A stretch of 16,121 nucleotides of DNA from a candidate division WOR-3 bacterium (GTDB taxonomy: Bacteria > Hydrothermota > Hydrothermia > LBFQ01). The notes beneath the pieces were generated by a model. That model did not search any database. It was not told where the DNA came from and saw nothing but the letters and a program-made list of their open reading frames with translations. The position numbers were made by a program, and so were the translations under genes. This document shows, piece by piece, positions 15,969-16,121 of the stretch (positions within the stretch are counted from its first letter, which is position 1; every line of letters starts with the position of its first letter). Where the stretch lies: positions 1 to 16,121 of the forward strand of contig JALUCS010000039.1 of the NCBI GenBank assembly GCA_027050205.1, read 5' to 3'.

Positions 15969-16121
15969 GGTTGTGTTGAATAATTACAAAATTTTATGCT
16001 TTGTCCAAAAAGTGAGGGGGTGGTAGTGGTCGGGGATAGAATAGAGGGATATGAAGGAGAAGAAGGAGAAGAAGAGGGACTGGAAGAAGTACAACGAGCA
16101 GTTGGTAAGGAGGGGAGAAAT
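15969..16121 (+). mobile_element. Left end of an IS5-family (IS903-group-like) insertion sequence
   Basis: GGTTGTGTTGAATAATTA (15969-15986) matches the IS903 terminal IR GGCTTTGTTGAATAAATC (recalled from memory) at 14/18, and a transposase-like ORF start follows. Confidence 0.75.
16051..16121 (+). CDS. IS5-family transposase, N-terminal fragment (runs off window)
   Basis: MKEKKEKKRDWKKYNEQLVRRGE has the W-x2-YN-x2-L-x2-RG N-terminal signature of IS903-group transposases. An in-frame TAG at 16042 fixes the start. Confidence 0.78.
   Translation, partial: MKEKKEKKRDWKKYNEQLVRRGE

Overview
GC-rich bacterial chromosomal window. AGG/ATA-rich codon usage and Omp85/GmhA/O-antigen-ligase genes suggest a thermophilic diderm; a WOR-3/Hydrothermae-like lineage is only a guess. 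It holds 15 complete, mostly housekeeping CDS: MDR oxidoreductase, MtnA, O-antigen ligase-like protein, M28 peptidase, GT2, TrpRS, cytochrome c, acyl-CoA dehydrogenase, MurI, Omp85-family protein, TPR protein, M16 peptidase, AcuC/HDAC, GmhA and YjbQ. It also has tRNA-Asn(GTT), tRNA-Arg(CCT), tmRNA (tag ANASYALAA), a partial gene at the left edge and the left end of an IS5/IS903-group element at the right edge. The most unusual signals are: (1) a ~700-bp non-coding degenerate tandem array (13814-14517) made of phased 22-bp quasi-palindromic units separated by homologous spacers; (2) a TANNNT -10 box 5-9 nt before the start codon of ten genes, implying near-leaderless expression, with a repeated bidirectional promoter design; (3) very short putative signal peptides; (4) a ~60-70 aa insertion in TrpRS; (5) a G1-C72 tRNA-Asn abutting murI.
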